Origin: Lama guanicoe
Taxonomy: Eukaryota
NCBI GenBank assembly: GCA_013239625.1
Contig: MU054925.1
Location: 34,079,538-34,143,537 of the forward strand
DNA: 64,000 nucleotides
Direction: 5' to 3'
A program made the position numbers and the translations under genes. Positions 51,200 through 63,071 of the stretch are shown here, piece by piece. The notes under the pieces are model-generated. The model searched no databases and was not told where the DNA came from. It worked only from the letters and a program-made list of their open reading frames with translations. Position 1 is the stretch's first letter. Every line of letters begins with the position of its first letter.

Positions 51200-51760
51200 C
51201 CTTTCATCCCAGCTCCCCGCTGGCCCCAGATGTCCCAGGACACCACTCAGAAGCTCTTCACTCACTGTGCTCAAAGATGAAGGCACCACTGTCCCCAGGC
51301 AGCATTCTCTGTGCATCAACGCCTGTCCCATACACCCAGGAGCCTTGGCATCAGCCCCCCTTCACTCTGTCCACACCAACACACTCTGCCGCCCCCACAT
51401 CTGAGAGATCTGTCCTCTTCTCTCCCCTCCCACTGCTCAGTCACCAAACGCCCCCTCATCCAGGCTGCCATCTCCTCCCTCCCAGTCGCAGCTCTGGCCG
51501 TCTGACTTCTTTTCCCTATCCCGTCCTCGCCCAGCCCTCTCCATCTTTCAGGTGCAGTGTTCTTTCTAAAATACACAGCGTATCAATTCACTTCCCTGCT
51601 TCAAAGCCTGTGATGGAACCACTACTGTTCCTCAAGTGACCATAAAGGGACGGACATGCACCAGGCCGGCTGGCTCCTCGGCCCACCTGCCATGGGCCCC
51701 CTCCCCGGGCACCCTGGCTCCAACACGCTCTCCAAGACCGCAGCTCTCGTCTGTCCCTGA
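51200..51760 (+). mobile_element. L2 LINE remnant
   Basis: gagccttggcatcagccc...ttcactctgtcc; caggctgccatctcctccc; tctttctaaaatacacag...cacttccctgcttcaaagcc. Confidence 0.6.
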
Positions 51761-52299
51761 ACCCTGACGTTGCCCGTGTCACGTCCGCTCACGTGCACAA
51801 GCGGAGGCTCTTGGTCCAGCTTTGACGCAAGGACAGAGACGCAGGGGCAGCGAGAAGCAGCCCATGAAGGACTCGGGTGCTGCCTGGTGCCGTCACACCA
51901 GCCACTCCCTGACCTCCCCGGGCACTGAGTGACGCTGCCTCCCCAGGAGCCCAGGGTGAGCCGGGCGGATGCAGGGTGAACCGGAGGAGCCCGGACGGGC
52001 CCACGTGAACCCACTGCGGCAGGCGGAGTCTCGGGTGTGGAAACACAGGCATGGCGTGGGCCTCACTGCCTGCGGAGGGGCTCAGAGAGGACTGGGCTCA
52101 GCCGGCACCCCTCACTGACCCTACTCAGGCCAAGCTGCCAGGCCAGAGAGCTTGTGCCCTGTCCCCCTCCCAACCCAGGGGCTGCCCTCCCCCTGCCCAG
52201 TCTCCTCCCTAACCGCCAGCTCCATAAGACAGGGGACAGGGCATTCAGAGTCCCCCAGACCTGGGCACAAACCCGCCCGGCCAGCCACACACGCGAGAC

Positions 52300-53050
52300 A
52301 GCACTGAGCCCAGCAACCCCGGCGTCCTCGTCCGCATAGAGGGCAGGGTGCGGCTGATGGAGGCCAGCCCCGGGGGGCTGGCAGACTGGCTGTGGCGTCT
52401 CCATCTAGGAGGGCCCGGCCCTGGCACCAAGGAGGTCAGAGCCAGCTCCCCGTCCCCACGCAGGCCCACCCTGCCTCCCGGTCCAGCTCCCGGACGCGGA
52501 CGGGACCCCTCCCCACCCCTGCTCCCAGTTCCTCTCGCTGAAACGCGCGGCTGCCCGTGGGCAGTGCCTTCCCGCCCTCGCAGCCCGCCTGGTCCCCGTC
52601 CGCGCGGGAAAGTGGGCGGGCGGCTATCACCAGCAGCGGTAGTAACCAGCATCCATCGGCGCGCGGGGCACTTGGCACCGAGCTGCGTGTTTTAAGCGCG
52701 TCGTCTGCATCGATCACCCAGCGGCTCCCTCAGCGCTTGTTTTCTCGTAAGAGTTTTCAGAATTGGCGAGGCTCCAGTGTAATGTTACACTTGAGCAAAC
52801 TGCGCTCCAGAGACGCCGGCTGCCTGCCCAAGGTCACCTAGCAACTCAGCGGCGAGCTAGGCCCCGTCCTCAGGGCGACACCTGAGCCTGCAGCCGGCGC
52901 CCCTCCCCCAGCGCTGCGGCTGCTCCTCCTGCCACGCCTACCCGTCCCTGTCCGGGCCCTGTGAGTCGGGTCAGCCTGACGTAACAGCAGGGCCACGTTT
53001 CCAGCAGTGACCAGGCTGTGCTTCCGTCCGGGGCGGGCGCCGGCCACCAG
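52300..53050. promoter_or_regulatory. Orphan CpG-rich promoter-like segment
   Basis: High CpG density; E2F-like GCGCGGGAAA (52602-52611), a GC box, RFX X-box GTCACCTAGCAAC (52833-52845) and CRE-like TGACGTAA (~52977). Confidence 0.4.
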
Positions 53051-54248
53051 GGCCTGCCTAGTGTCAGGGGCTGGTGTGGGCAGTGAAAGGTCCCCATGAC
53101 TTGGGGTCAAGGGTCAGAGCATAGCAGCCAGAAGCTGGTACATGGCTGGGGTCAAAGTCAGGGTGTAACTGGGATCAGGGGTAGGAACAAGTCCGGGTTC
53201 AGAAATGACTGTGTTGTGTGGCTGGGCCAAGAGTCAGTGTGGGGCTGAGATCAGGGATTGGTGGGTGGCCAGAGAGCACAAGACCCTCTCCCTGCCCCAT
53301 CAGGTCAGGAAACCCTTCCCCGTGGCTCCGCTGTGAAGAGAAGTCAGTGTGATACAAGCTGGCAGCCCCCGAGGGAGGGCTGGCCACTAGGCCAGGCGGG
53401 AGCATCACGGGAGGGAAAAGGGGATCTCCAGGGAGGCTCCTGGCCCCTGGCCCTTTGCACCTGCACCCACAGCAGCCCCCACGACCTCTCCAGGGGCAGC
53501 CGACCTCCTCACCCTTCTGCTTGGGCCCCTGGTGAGCCTGGCTGCATTTCCTGTGGAGTCAAACGCAGCCTCTGCCAGCCCGAGATCCCCCTCCCCCACC
53601 GGCTGCAAGGAGGTGGTCAGCGTTCCTGCCTCTTCCCTTGTGTTCCCGCCGCAGGACGCTGCCCTGGCCCCTCACCTGCAAATCCTCTTCATTCTTCACA
53701 GCCGCCCTGACACCTTCAAGCCCTGCCGAATCCCCCCTCTCCGCGGGCACAAGGTAGAGGTTGTGTGAGGGCATCTGCAGCCCAGGCACAACTCTCTCCA
53801 GAGCTCGACAGCGGGCACCTTGCCATGGATTCTCGCCCCCAGACCCGCAAGGAATCACACGCGTGGAGACAGTCCGTCTTAAGTGTGAACTGGAACTTGC
53901 AGTGAAGGTGGGGAGGGGGCAGGGGCTGGGAATGGTGTGCGGGGGGAGCGGGAGCGGGAACAGGGAGGGACCCCTCGGCGGGCTGACCCTCAGAAGACGG
54001 TGCACCTGGAGGGGCCTAGGGGCCGCCCCTGTGACCTGACACGGCCCTTGGAAACCTAGGAGCCTGAAGGGCTTTGAGGTCTGAGTTTCAGCCTGGGGAT
54101 CCGACCCAACAGATAATCACGTTTACATGAGTATGGTTAGGGCTCACGGAGGTCAGTACGTGTTAAGAAAGAAACAATCCACTGAACAGATACTGAGATC
54201 CCTAACTTGCCCCAAGAAACAGAAAGCCACAACTGTTGCGGAAAAATG

Positions 54249-54812
54249 TGTTACGGCTCGGTGCTACAGCTCAGTTGTGACAGCAACCTGGATCCGGGCG
54301 AGAGACCAAGCATCACTCGGAGAGTTGGAGAACTCAGGTTTGCTACTCCAGCTGGCTGAGATGAATTAACACTCCAAGCTCTGGGGCCCGTCGGTAGGTT
54401 TACACAGGCCTTTATAGGCTGCCACTTTTAGACTTTGCAACATCATACGTAAATAAAGTATAACAGAAGTTGACCAACCGGGAACAAGCTTTGTAGAAAT
54501 AGACCAATCAGGAGTGAGAGAAAGAACCAATCAGGAATGAGCTCCATGCAAATGAAGTACTACAAATGAACCAATCAGAAGTTAGGGAAGTGGACCAATC
54601 AGAAATGAGAATAATACCCAGTCAGGCATGAAGGAAATAACCAATCAGAAGTGAGCTCAGGGAACCAATAGAATTCTAGGTGTAAGTTAGCCGTTTCAGA
54701 GGCAGAAAGTGAGATAGAGCCTCTGGGCCAGGGAACCCGACGGTGCTGGGAGGAGAGCAGCGGCCCTGCCTAGGGGTCCTGCCGGACTTTCTATGGGGCT
54801 CCCCGCCTCACA
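54249..54812 (-). mobile_element. Solo retroviral LTR with a CCAAT-box array and TATA box
   Basis: The minus strand runs TG...GTAACA. There are six ACCAAT units (CCAAT at 54504, 54527, 54571, 54595, 54641, 54665) and a minus-strand TATAAA at 54411-54416; no flanking internal ERV sequence. Confidence 0.7.
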
Positions 54813-55659
54813 ACCACCAGACCGACAACCAGCCCCACCCCACTTACGTACGAAAGTCAGGTGGAAGGACGGCCAGTCTAGCCCCAGCATCGCAGCAACT
54901 AGGTGTGAAAAGTCATCAAACTGATGCTGCTATGTAAACCCGCTCACTGAAGGCTGAAGCCCCGTGTGTCCCCAAGAGCTCGCAGCCCCTTGCCCCCGCA
55001 CCCCTCGTCTGGTACGCACAGGCCCAGCAGCGGGTGAGGCGACGGCGTGGGGGCTTCGGGGGCCTCCGGGGTCGTCTCCCTCCGGCAGACGCAGCCCAGG
55101 GTCACCTCTGGAGTGTTGGGAGGAGGTGAGCCCTCCAGGCGGCCCTGGCAGGCTGGAGCCTGCAGATGAGGACGGGGCGTCTGGAGCGGGCCCAGAGGGA
55201 GTGATTACTGTGATGGGGGTGACACGCGCAGGGATGCCCCTGGCAGAAGGGGCAGAGAACGGCTGGCAGGTCGACAGACTGAAGACCCGGCGCGGCGGGA
55301 AGAAGTGTTGGGGGGGGTGGGGTGCCAGAGGGAGTGATGGGGAAAGACATAGGCCTTGGGCGGTGGGGCTGGGAGGAGGTGGAGGCGGAACCTGTGGGGA
55401 TAGGGGCTGCGATGAGTCCCGGGCCTGACCATGGGGAGGGTGGCTGCTGGGAGGGCAGGGCACTGCGGGAGGGGACAAGGTCCAGGCAGGAAGGATGCCC
55501 GCAGGCTGTGGGTGGTGGAGACCCTGACACGGCCCCGCCCTCCAGGCTCCCCACACCGGCCAGCCCCCGGCTCAGGACCAGGAGACAGAACCACCCCCTC
55601 ACACCTGTGTGCCTATGAAAAGTGATCCCGCTACAGAGCCAGAACCCAGAGGCCTGGTC

Positions 55660-56230
55660 GTTTGCAAAACTATCGAGAAACAAACAATCTGAAAAAGGAA
55701 AGGCTTTCTTGGCAATGTCACCAAAGGCAGGAACCACTAAAAGTAAACTGACATGATGACGAAGAAGTTTTAAAACATCTCTGTGCGAAAAATACCCCAA
55801 ACCCAAAACCAAACAAAGCACCAGAAACAGAAGAACTGCAGACAGCCAAGTCCCAGGGGAGGGCTTTCGAGGCCAGTAAATACATGAGAATCCTTTCAGA
55901 GTAATCACAGAAACTTTACACATGTAAGGACACAGCATTCTCTCCCATCTGTCTGACTGGCATATTAAAGAGTTTAATAGGCGGGGTGGAGGCCGTGAGG
56001 AAAAACGCATTCCCATGCGTGGCTGGGGGACTGGACCGGTGTGGCCGGCGGGCAGAGGGATTTGGGAATTGCTCTCAGACTGAAGATGGCTATTCCCTCT
56101 GGCCAGCGTTCAGAATGAGCTGTTAATAGAAAGAGGCAATGCTGGCTCCAGCGGGAGGCATCTCCATTGTGGAAATGGCCCACGGGGCTCTATTACGGAG
56201 AAGACAACGGGTGGGTGGGCTGCAAACCAG
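55660..56230 (+). mobile_element. Old L1ME ORF2-end/3' fragment
   Basis: aggctttcttggcaatgtcaccaaaggcagg; tttaaaacatctctgtgcgaaaaatacc. Confidence 0.55.
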
Positions 56231-57046
56231 CCCCCGAGCGCCACCACGGAGGCCCTGAGCTGACGGTGCCCGCCGGGGACTTGGCTGAGATGGGGAGCAC
56301 ACTGGGTCGGCACCAAGGGGGACCAGCCAGGAGGAGCAAGGGGTGGTAAGTGGGGTGTTCAAGTCCCACCATAAACGAGCTGATGGTGGGAAGGGGTGCA
56401 GAGCAGAGAGGACTGGATGAGGCACAAGAGGGGCTGGATTAGCCTCTGGGGAGGTCCAGCCCTTCCTGGGGACCCAGGGGGATGAAGGAGGTGGAGCTGA
56501 GGTGGAGGGGGCACTGGCCAGTGGCCTGTGGCCCTAAGCCCCAGGCAGAAGGACCATCTCAGCTACAGAACCATCCTGCCCTCCAGGCTGGCCCGAGGCC
56601 ACGCCTGCCCCTGTCCCTGGGGCTCTCGGTCTCTCAGAAGCTTCAGCGACAGCACAAGGGCTTCTCCCAGAAGGCTGCAGGCCCGGGGCTTCTCCAGGTG
56701 GCTTCGAGGGCACGGGAGCCTCTGGTAGGTCCCAGGAGGTGAGGGGGGCCCAGGCCCCCCAACGAGGCTCCCCTCTTGAAGGATTCCAGCATCTGGGATG
56801 GGCCCGGCCATGACTCCAGCGGGCTGTGTTTGTGGCTCATGATCAAACCACCAACCCTGAGGCGGGAGAGGGAATCCTGTCCTGGATGTGACTCCAGGTT
56901 CCTCATTCGAGTAAGGGTGGGGTGAGCACACACGCACACACACCTCGGGGCCTGCGGTGTCTGCACACACACACACTGAGCACGCCGGGGAGCCCACCTG
57001 AAATGGGGGCGTGGTGTGGTCTGTGAATCCTGCCTTAGTGCAGACA

Positions 57047-57347
57047 CAGTCCACCCTCCGCAGCCACGGGAATTCCAGCATCCACAGATTCCACCAACCA
57101 CAGACAGAAAACATCTGGGGAAAAATTTCAGAAAGTTCTAAACCTGACCTTGCCACGTGCCCGGCAACTACTCACGTAGCATCTACACTGTGTCAGGTGT
57201 CGTAAGCAACCTTGACACGACTGAAAGCACACAGGAGGGTGTGCTGTGCAAACACGACACCACTTTATGTAAGGTCCTTGAACATCCCTGGATTTCGGTG
57301 TCTGCAGGGCCGGAAACCACCCCCTGCAGACACGAGGGCCACACGTA
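57047..57347. mobile_element. TcMar-Tigger MITE (MER2-like)
   Basis: Imperfect terminal inverted ends cagtccaccctccg ... cacgagggccacacgta; internal gcatccacagattccaccaaccacaga and cttgaacatccctggatttcggtgtctgcaggg. Confidence 0.75.
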
Positions 57348-58564
57348 TTCAGAAAAGACTGGATTTTACAACAGGCATGTAACTAAAATCCCAAGCGAAG
57401 ATTTCTCTTCTCTTTGAGACAAAAACAAAACCAGGGCCTGGCCCAGTAAGCACACACCATGATCGCTGGCACCGTTTGTCTCAGCACACGTGACTGTCAG
57501 GCTGGCTTGGATGGAGTCTGAGCCTGGCTGTGGGGTCTGGGGGGCGGCTCGAGGCTGCAGTGGCTCAGAGTGGAAGGAGGCAAGGTGTTTCATCCTCAGG
57601 GGAGAGCGATTTCGCATTTCAGCAACAATCCCAGGGCTGGGGACGGGGCGGCAGGAGGGGCTGGTCGGGGGAATGTCCAACAGGAACCAGGACAGGGCTG
57701 GACAGGGAGCAGGGAATCCAGGGCTGGGGGGACGCGGGAGGGGGCGAGGTTGTGGGCTGCAGTGAGAGGGCCTGAGGTCAGGGGAGCACACGTGGGATCT
57801 GGGGAGAGAGCTGATTGCCCGGGGAGAGGGTGCAGAGACCAGGACAGGGGCTGGTTTAAAAGGACTGCTCCCAAATGACAAATGCGTTTCACACCTTTCC
57901 ACTTGCAAACTCGATGCTGCCTGTTTTGGAATCTGAATGAAATGGTTTCAAAGTTCACAAAACTAAAAACACATGCCCGCAGAACAGTGAACCTGCACAG
58001 CAAGACACCTGAGGACGGCCCGGGGCAGGGGGGCGGACAGGGACTCTCTCGGGTGGGAGACCCTCGAGGGCGCTGGGCCCGGGAGCGAGGAGGGGTCCGC
58101 TCGCTCTGCACGGAGCCCCACGCAGGGGAAGACCTCCAGGGAGCTGCTCACAACCAGGAGTGCATCCACTCCCACTGCGCCGGGGAAAGGCGGTGAGAAA
58201 GGAAGAGCAGTGAGTCTCCTCCCCACCCCGACCTGGCACAGGGACTCTGCTGTTTTGTCTCCTCCACACTGCCACACCGCCGTCTGGGGAACAGATTCCG
58301 ACGTCCGCGGGGCAGGTAAGGAAAGGGTTTAACCCACCAGCAACCCCTGAGCTACAGCAGGAGGCACGCCCCTGGACTGAGCTCTGCACAGTTAACTGGC
58401 TTCCAGCATCTCGCCGCAAAGACTGGTCCCTTTTGGCTTTGTCTTCCGAGTTCCTACATGGGTCCTTCCAGCCCCAGCCCCTCGGGAATCTGTCTGCTTT
58501 GCGGGTTCTGACCTCAGTGGCTTCCATCTGGTCAGACATAGGACCGCCACGTTTTCCTTTAACC

Positions 58565-58710
58565 CTGGGGTCTTGTTAAAGGACAGGTTCTGAGGCTGCA
58601 GGTTTGGGTTGGGGCTGAGATTCTGAATTTCCCACAGGCCTGGGTGATGCCGACACGGCGGTCCTGTCTGAGGTCCATGGGGAACCACCCGGGGCTTGTC
58701 TAGGTCTAAC
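58565..58710. mobile_element. hAT-Charlie MITE (MER5A-like)
   Basis: cctggggtcttgttaaaggacaggttctgaggc...gagattctgaatttcc...tttgaggtccatggggaaccac pattern. Confidence 0.55.
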
Positions 58711-59063
58711 TCCCTCCACCGCGTGCTGTCTGAGGGCCCTGCCACGGCGCCCCGGCGTCTGACTGGGAGGGGCTACTCCAGGCGCATCTGCTGATTTCTT
58801 ACCCAGTTGTTCCCAGATGGGCTCGCGGGCTGCGTCCAGCTCCCCACACCATGTGGGAGCCTGTCCAGGGTCCCGGGGTCCTTGGGGGGCATCTGGGGTC
58901 ATGGGATCCTCAGGGGAGAACCTACATCCACCAACCTCGCTGAATTACTAGATTCCAAGGTTTGTACTTCGATGGCTCTTTTATATGACGTACATACAAA
59001 ATGTCATCTACACAAACGATGCATACGTATGTAATACACAAAACGATGTCGATATTTACTTAC

Positions 59064-59256
59064 ATGAGACGTACCAAGAGCTTCCTCTCTTCTCTTTACA
59101 ATCCCCACCCCTCCTGCGTCTGCTCTTTCCCCCAGGGCTGGCCCCTCCAGGTCCATGTTGACACTAGTAATGAGCGCAGGCACCTCTGCCTTTAAAGCAT
59201 CTTCAAGAGCGTGTGTCTGAAGCCTCTGCACGAGGCAGAGTGCTTCAGTGCATCAC
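59064..59256 (-). pseudogene. Candidate decayed coding exon of an unidentified minus-strand gene
   Basis: Acceptor cttgttacag| and donor CAT|gtaagt; 193 nt = 1 nt + 64 codons reading *CTEALCLVQRLQTHALEDALKAEVPALITSVNMDLEG...EEALGTSH, with only the first codon a TGA. Confidence 0.45.
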
Positions 59257-59279
59257 CTGTAACAAGCTGAGAGTCCCCT

Positions 59280-60460
59280 TCCTGTCCTTCATCAAGAAGC
59301 CTTGCTGTTGGTGTTGCAACAAATGCTTCCATTATAAACAGGTGTTGAATTTTACCAATGGTTCCTCTGCAGCCAGCGAGATAATCGTATGGGTTTTCTC
59401 CTTTAATAAATCATCAAAACATTAATGTATTGTGGAACCATCCTTGCATTCCTGAGATAAACCCTACCTGGTTATAATGTATACTTTAAAAATACATTTA
59501 TATTCTGTTAGGGCCTTTGCATTTATATTGTAAGTAACAGAGGCTTCTTTTCTTTTTTAAAATTCAATTTAGGAATCAAGATTAGACCAGCCTCCTAAAC
59601 GAGCTGAGTAACTTTCACTCTCTGTGGACCCTCGAAACGACGTGGACAGAACAGGGACCAACCACCGCCGGAAAGCTTGGCAGAAATCCCCTGTAAACAG
59701 TCTAGGCTGGGGGCTCACTGGGGAGGGAAATACTGGATTTCAATTTATTTAATAATCATTGGCTTATTCAAGTTTTCTATTTCTTTTTGCGCCAATGTTT
59801 CCATTTTCTTTCTTCCTAGAAATTTATCTACGTCACTAGGCTTTCCAATTTATCAGCAAATAATTACTTACTGTGCTCTCATTACTGTAAAAAGTCTGTA
59901 GTCTACACAGGCAACTCCTCGTCTCTTCCCTGTGGGCACACGTCTCGGCATCTTCTCTTCCTCTCCCCCTCTGCCTGCGGCTGGTGCAGCCAGTCCTGCT
60001 GATCCCTCCGCAGTGGATTCTGGTTTTCACTGTTTCCTTTCTTCCTGCTTTGGGTTTGCTTCATTAGTCTTTGTCTAAGGTCTTCGTTTGAATGTTTAGT
60101 GCATTTTTCTTTATATTTTTTTATTTCTAGTCATCTTTAAAACCAAAAATTTCCTAGTAAATTCTGCCTGAACACGAAACATTCATGTTGTTGATTTATG
60201 AAGATTGAACGATGTTCAGATTTGTTTTAACCAAGGTTACTTAGTAACGTGCAACTTAGTCTCTGGCCACACGGGTTTGTTTTTTTTTTTTGGAGGCACC
60301 TTTTCATTATTAAGTTGTAATTTCATTAGATTGTGTTATGCAACAAAATCTCTATGATGGTGACTTCAGGGGAACAAGCCGGGACCTCCTTTGTGGCCTA
60401 ACAGACGGCCAGCCTTTCACACATGTTCAAAGAGAGTATGTGTTCTGTTATTTGGAGAAC
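59280..60460 (-). mobile_element. Old L1M ORF2 fragments
   Basis: gaaccatccttgcattcctgagataaaccctacctggttataatgta; ttattcaagttttctatttctt. Confidence 0.75.
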
Positions 60461-60686
60461 AGGTGCCCACAAAGCAAACAGCCAAAACATGCTGGCTGAA
60501 TGGCTCAGCTGCCTTAGGCCAGTCCCAGTAGAACGGAGGGCACGTTGGGATGTAAGGGGTTCCACGATCTGACATCTTTTTCCTTCCACCCTCTCCTCTC
60601 TGCCACGGTGTGGGGAAGGGTCTGGGTCCAAAGCAGCAGAGTGGAAAGGGTAAAAGATAAAGTTTAGAGAAGGCTAAAAGAGATGG

Positions 60687-61211
60687 TGTCTGTTAGTCGG
60701 GCTGTCCAGAGAGACAGGACCAAGAGGCCGGACAGAGAGCTAAGCAGACAGAGAGAGAGATTTCTCACAAGGAGCTGCCTCAGTCTGGCAGGTCCCAAGG
60801 TCTACAAGGTGAGAGGCCAGCTGGAGAGCCGTGGTTCAGTTACAGTTCGAGACACAGGAGACCTGATGGCGTGGTTCCCAGCCAAAGGCCGGCAGCCTCA
60901 AGACCCAGGAAGAGTCAGCGTTTCGGCTCAAATCCAACGGCAGGAAAAAGTGGTTGCCCCAGTCAAGGACCAACAGGCCAGACAGATTCTCTCTTACTCA
61001 GGGGAAGGTCAGACTCTTTATTCCATTCAGGCCTTCGACTGACTGGATGAGGCCCACCCACATTAGGGAGAGCAGCCTCTTTTCCCCAGTGTACCAATTT
61101 CATGTTAATCTCACCCAAAAACATCCTTACAGAAAGACCCAGAATAATGTTGGACCAAACGCCTGGGCACTCCACGGCCTGGTCCAGCTGACACGTACAA
61201 CTAACTACCAC
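60687..61211 (-). mobile_element. ERVL LTR (MLT2-like)
   Basis: tgttagtcgggctgtccagagagacagga; gactggatgaggcccacccacatt; gttaatctcacccaaaaacatcc; terminal taactaccaca. Confidence 0.85.
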
Positions 61212-61429
61212 AGCGTCTGAAGCACAAGTGGGAAAATGGGTCTGAGGCAGTGAAAGAACACTGTCTCTCCACAACTGGACAGAAAGGGGCCAAACGTGAC
61301 CCCGTGGCGAGCTTGTGTGAGGTGAAGGACTGTGGAAAACAAAAAATAAGTATTTGGCCTTTGTCTCAGGTTCCTGACACAGCTCCTAAAGTCCTCCATA
61401 AAATAAAATTATTTACGACACATACATAT

Positions 61430-62495
61430 TTAGTAAAAGCGTAAAACTGCCCACGGAATGGGGGGAAATGCCTGCAAATCATGTACCTGGTAAGAGGGTA
61501 ATATCCAGGATGTACAGAGAACTCCTAAAGTTCAACAACAACAAAACAGCTGGTTTCAAAAACAGGCGAAGGGCTGGATTAGACATTTCTCCAAGGAAGG
61601 CACACCGCTGCTAAGCAAGCACGTGGGAGGACGCCCCACACCACAGAGCTTCAGGGGGTGCAGCTCAAACCGCAGTGAGATCTCACGCACGCCCGCGGCG
61701 TGGCCGCCAGCGGCACAGCAGAAGACAGGAAGTGCTGGGAGGCTGTGGAGCAACTGGAGCCCGAGGGCACCGGTGGCGGGAGCGTGAAATGGTGGAGGCC
61801 CCGGGGGAAGCCGCTCGGAGGTCCCCCCAAAATTAAACAGAATCAGCATAGGCCTCAAAAACGTCACTCAGAAATACCCCCCAAATTAACCGGAAGCAGG
61901 GTCTTGAAGAGATACGTGCACATCCATGCTCACAGCAGCGCTGTTCACAACAGAAACAGAACGTGGCAGCCGCCCGGGTGTCCCGGACGGTTGATGGCCA
62001 AACAAAGTGTGGTCTATCCACAGACCTGTGGGGTGTCACGTGAAGTAAGTCCGACAGAGAAAGGCAAACCCTGTAGGATTCCACTTACCTGAGGCCCCTG
62101 GAGCAGTCAGATCCACAGAGACAAAGCAGACGGCGGGGGCGGGGGCTGAGGAGGGGTGGCGAGTGAGTGTTCAAGGGGACAGTGTTTCAGCTTTACGAGG
62201 AAAACAAGCGATGGGGATGGATGGAGGTGGTGGTTGCACCACACTGAACNNNNNNNNNNNNNNNNNNNNNNNNNNNNNNNNNNNNNNNNNNNNNNNNNNN
62301 NNNNNNNNNNNNNNNNNNNNNNNNNNNNNNNNNNNNNNNNNNNNNNNNNNNNNNNNNNNNNNNNNNNNNNNNNNNNNNNNNNNNNNAAGGTGGTGGTGCA
62401 CCACACTGAACGAACACCCCTAGTCGTACACTTAAAAACGGTTAAGGTGGTAATTTTTATGTTACGTGCAATCTAACACCGTAAGAAAAGAAAGA
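61430..62495 (+). mobile_element. L1M ORF2 end/3' UTR, GC-shifted
   Basis: aatatccaggatgtacagagaactcctaaag; agacatttctccaaggaag; gtacacttaaaaacggttaaggtggtaatttttatgttacgtg. Confidence 0.8.
62250..62386. other. Assembly gap (N run) with duplicated flanks
   Basis: ggtggtggt(t)gcaccacactgaac occurs on both sides. Confidence 0.99.
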
Positions 62496-63071
62496 CGAGA
62501 CTGAATGGCAGAGGCGGGAGGGATTCCAGAGGAGCCAGAGGGAGTTTAAGTGAAATATCTTTTAAAAAATCTCAAATAAACCGTGGCCTGGTATGAAATT
62601 TGTTAACTGTGCCAAATTACACTGGGAAGGACGTGGTTACTCATTATCTTGTTCTCCTCACTTGTCAGTGTTTTGAGATATTTCACAACAAAAAAGCTAG
62701 CAGCTGAACTAGGCACGAACCCCAGGCTCTGGAAAAGGAGCAGCAGCAGAAGCAGCCGGACGGGAGGGAGAAGCCGACCAGGGGAGCGCGCCTTGTGAGT
62801 CTAGCCTTCACCAGCGCCATCAGTAAACCCCTGGCTTTCGAGGCTCACAGCGCTGGCTCCTGGCCAGTCCTTGTACGAGATGGGCGTGCAGGCTCGCTCC
62901 AGGGACATGGGGCATTCAATTCCAGGTAAAGGGATTCTTAAAAATCACACGGGCATGTCTTGTACAACCACCACCCTTACATTTCAGATGCTTCATGCAA
63001 CGGGCAACTTCCAGGAAAATGTAAATAATCCAAACCAGCCCAAGACGAAGGAGACAGCTTGAGTCACTCAC

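Noticed and set aside
55102-56016. 304-aa minus-strand ORF with a hydrophobic stretch
   Set aside because: Antisense to an A-rich L1 remnant plus a G-rich low-complexity tract.
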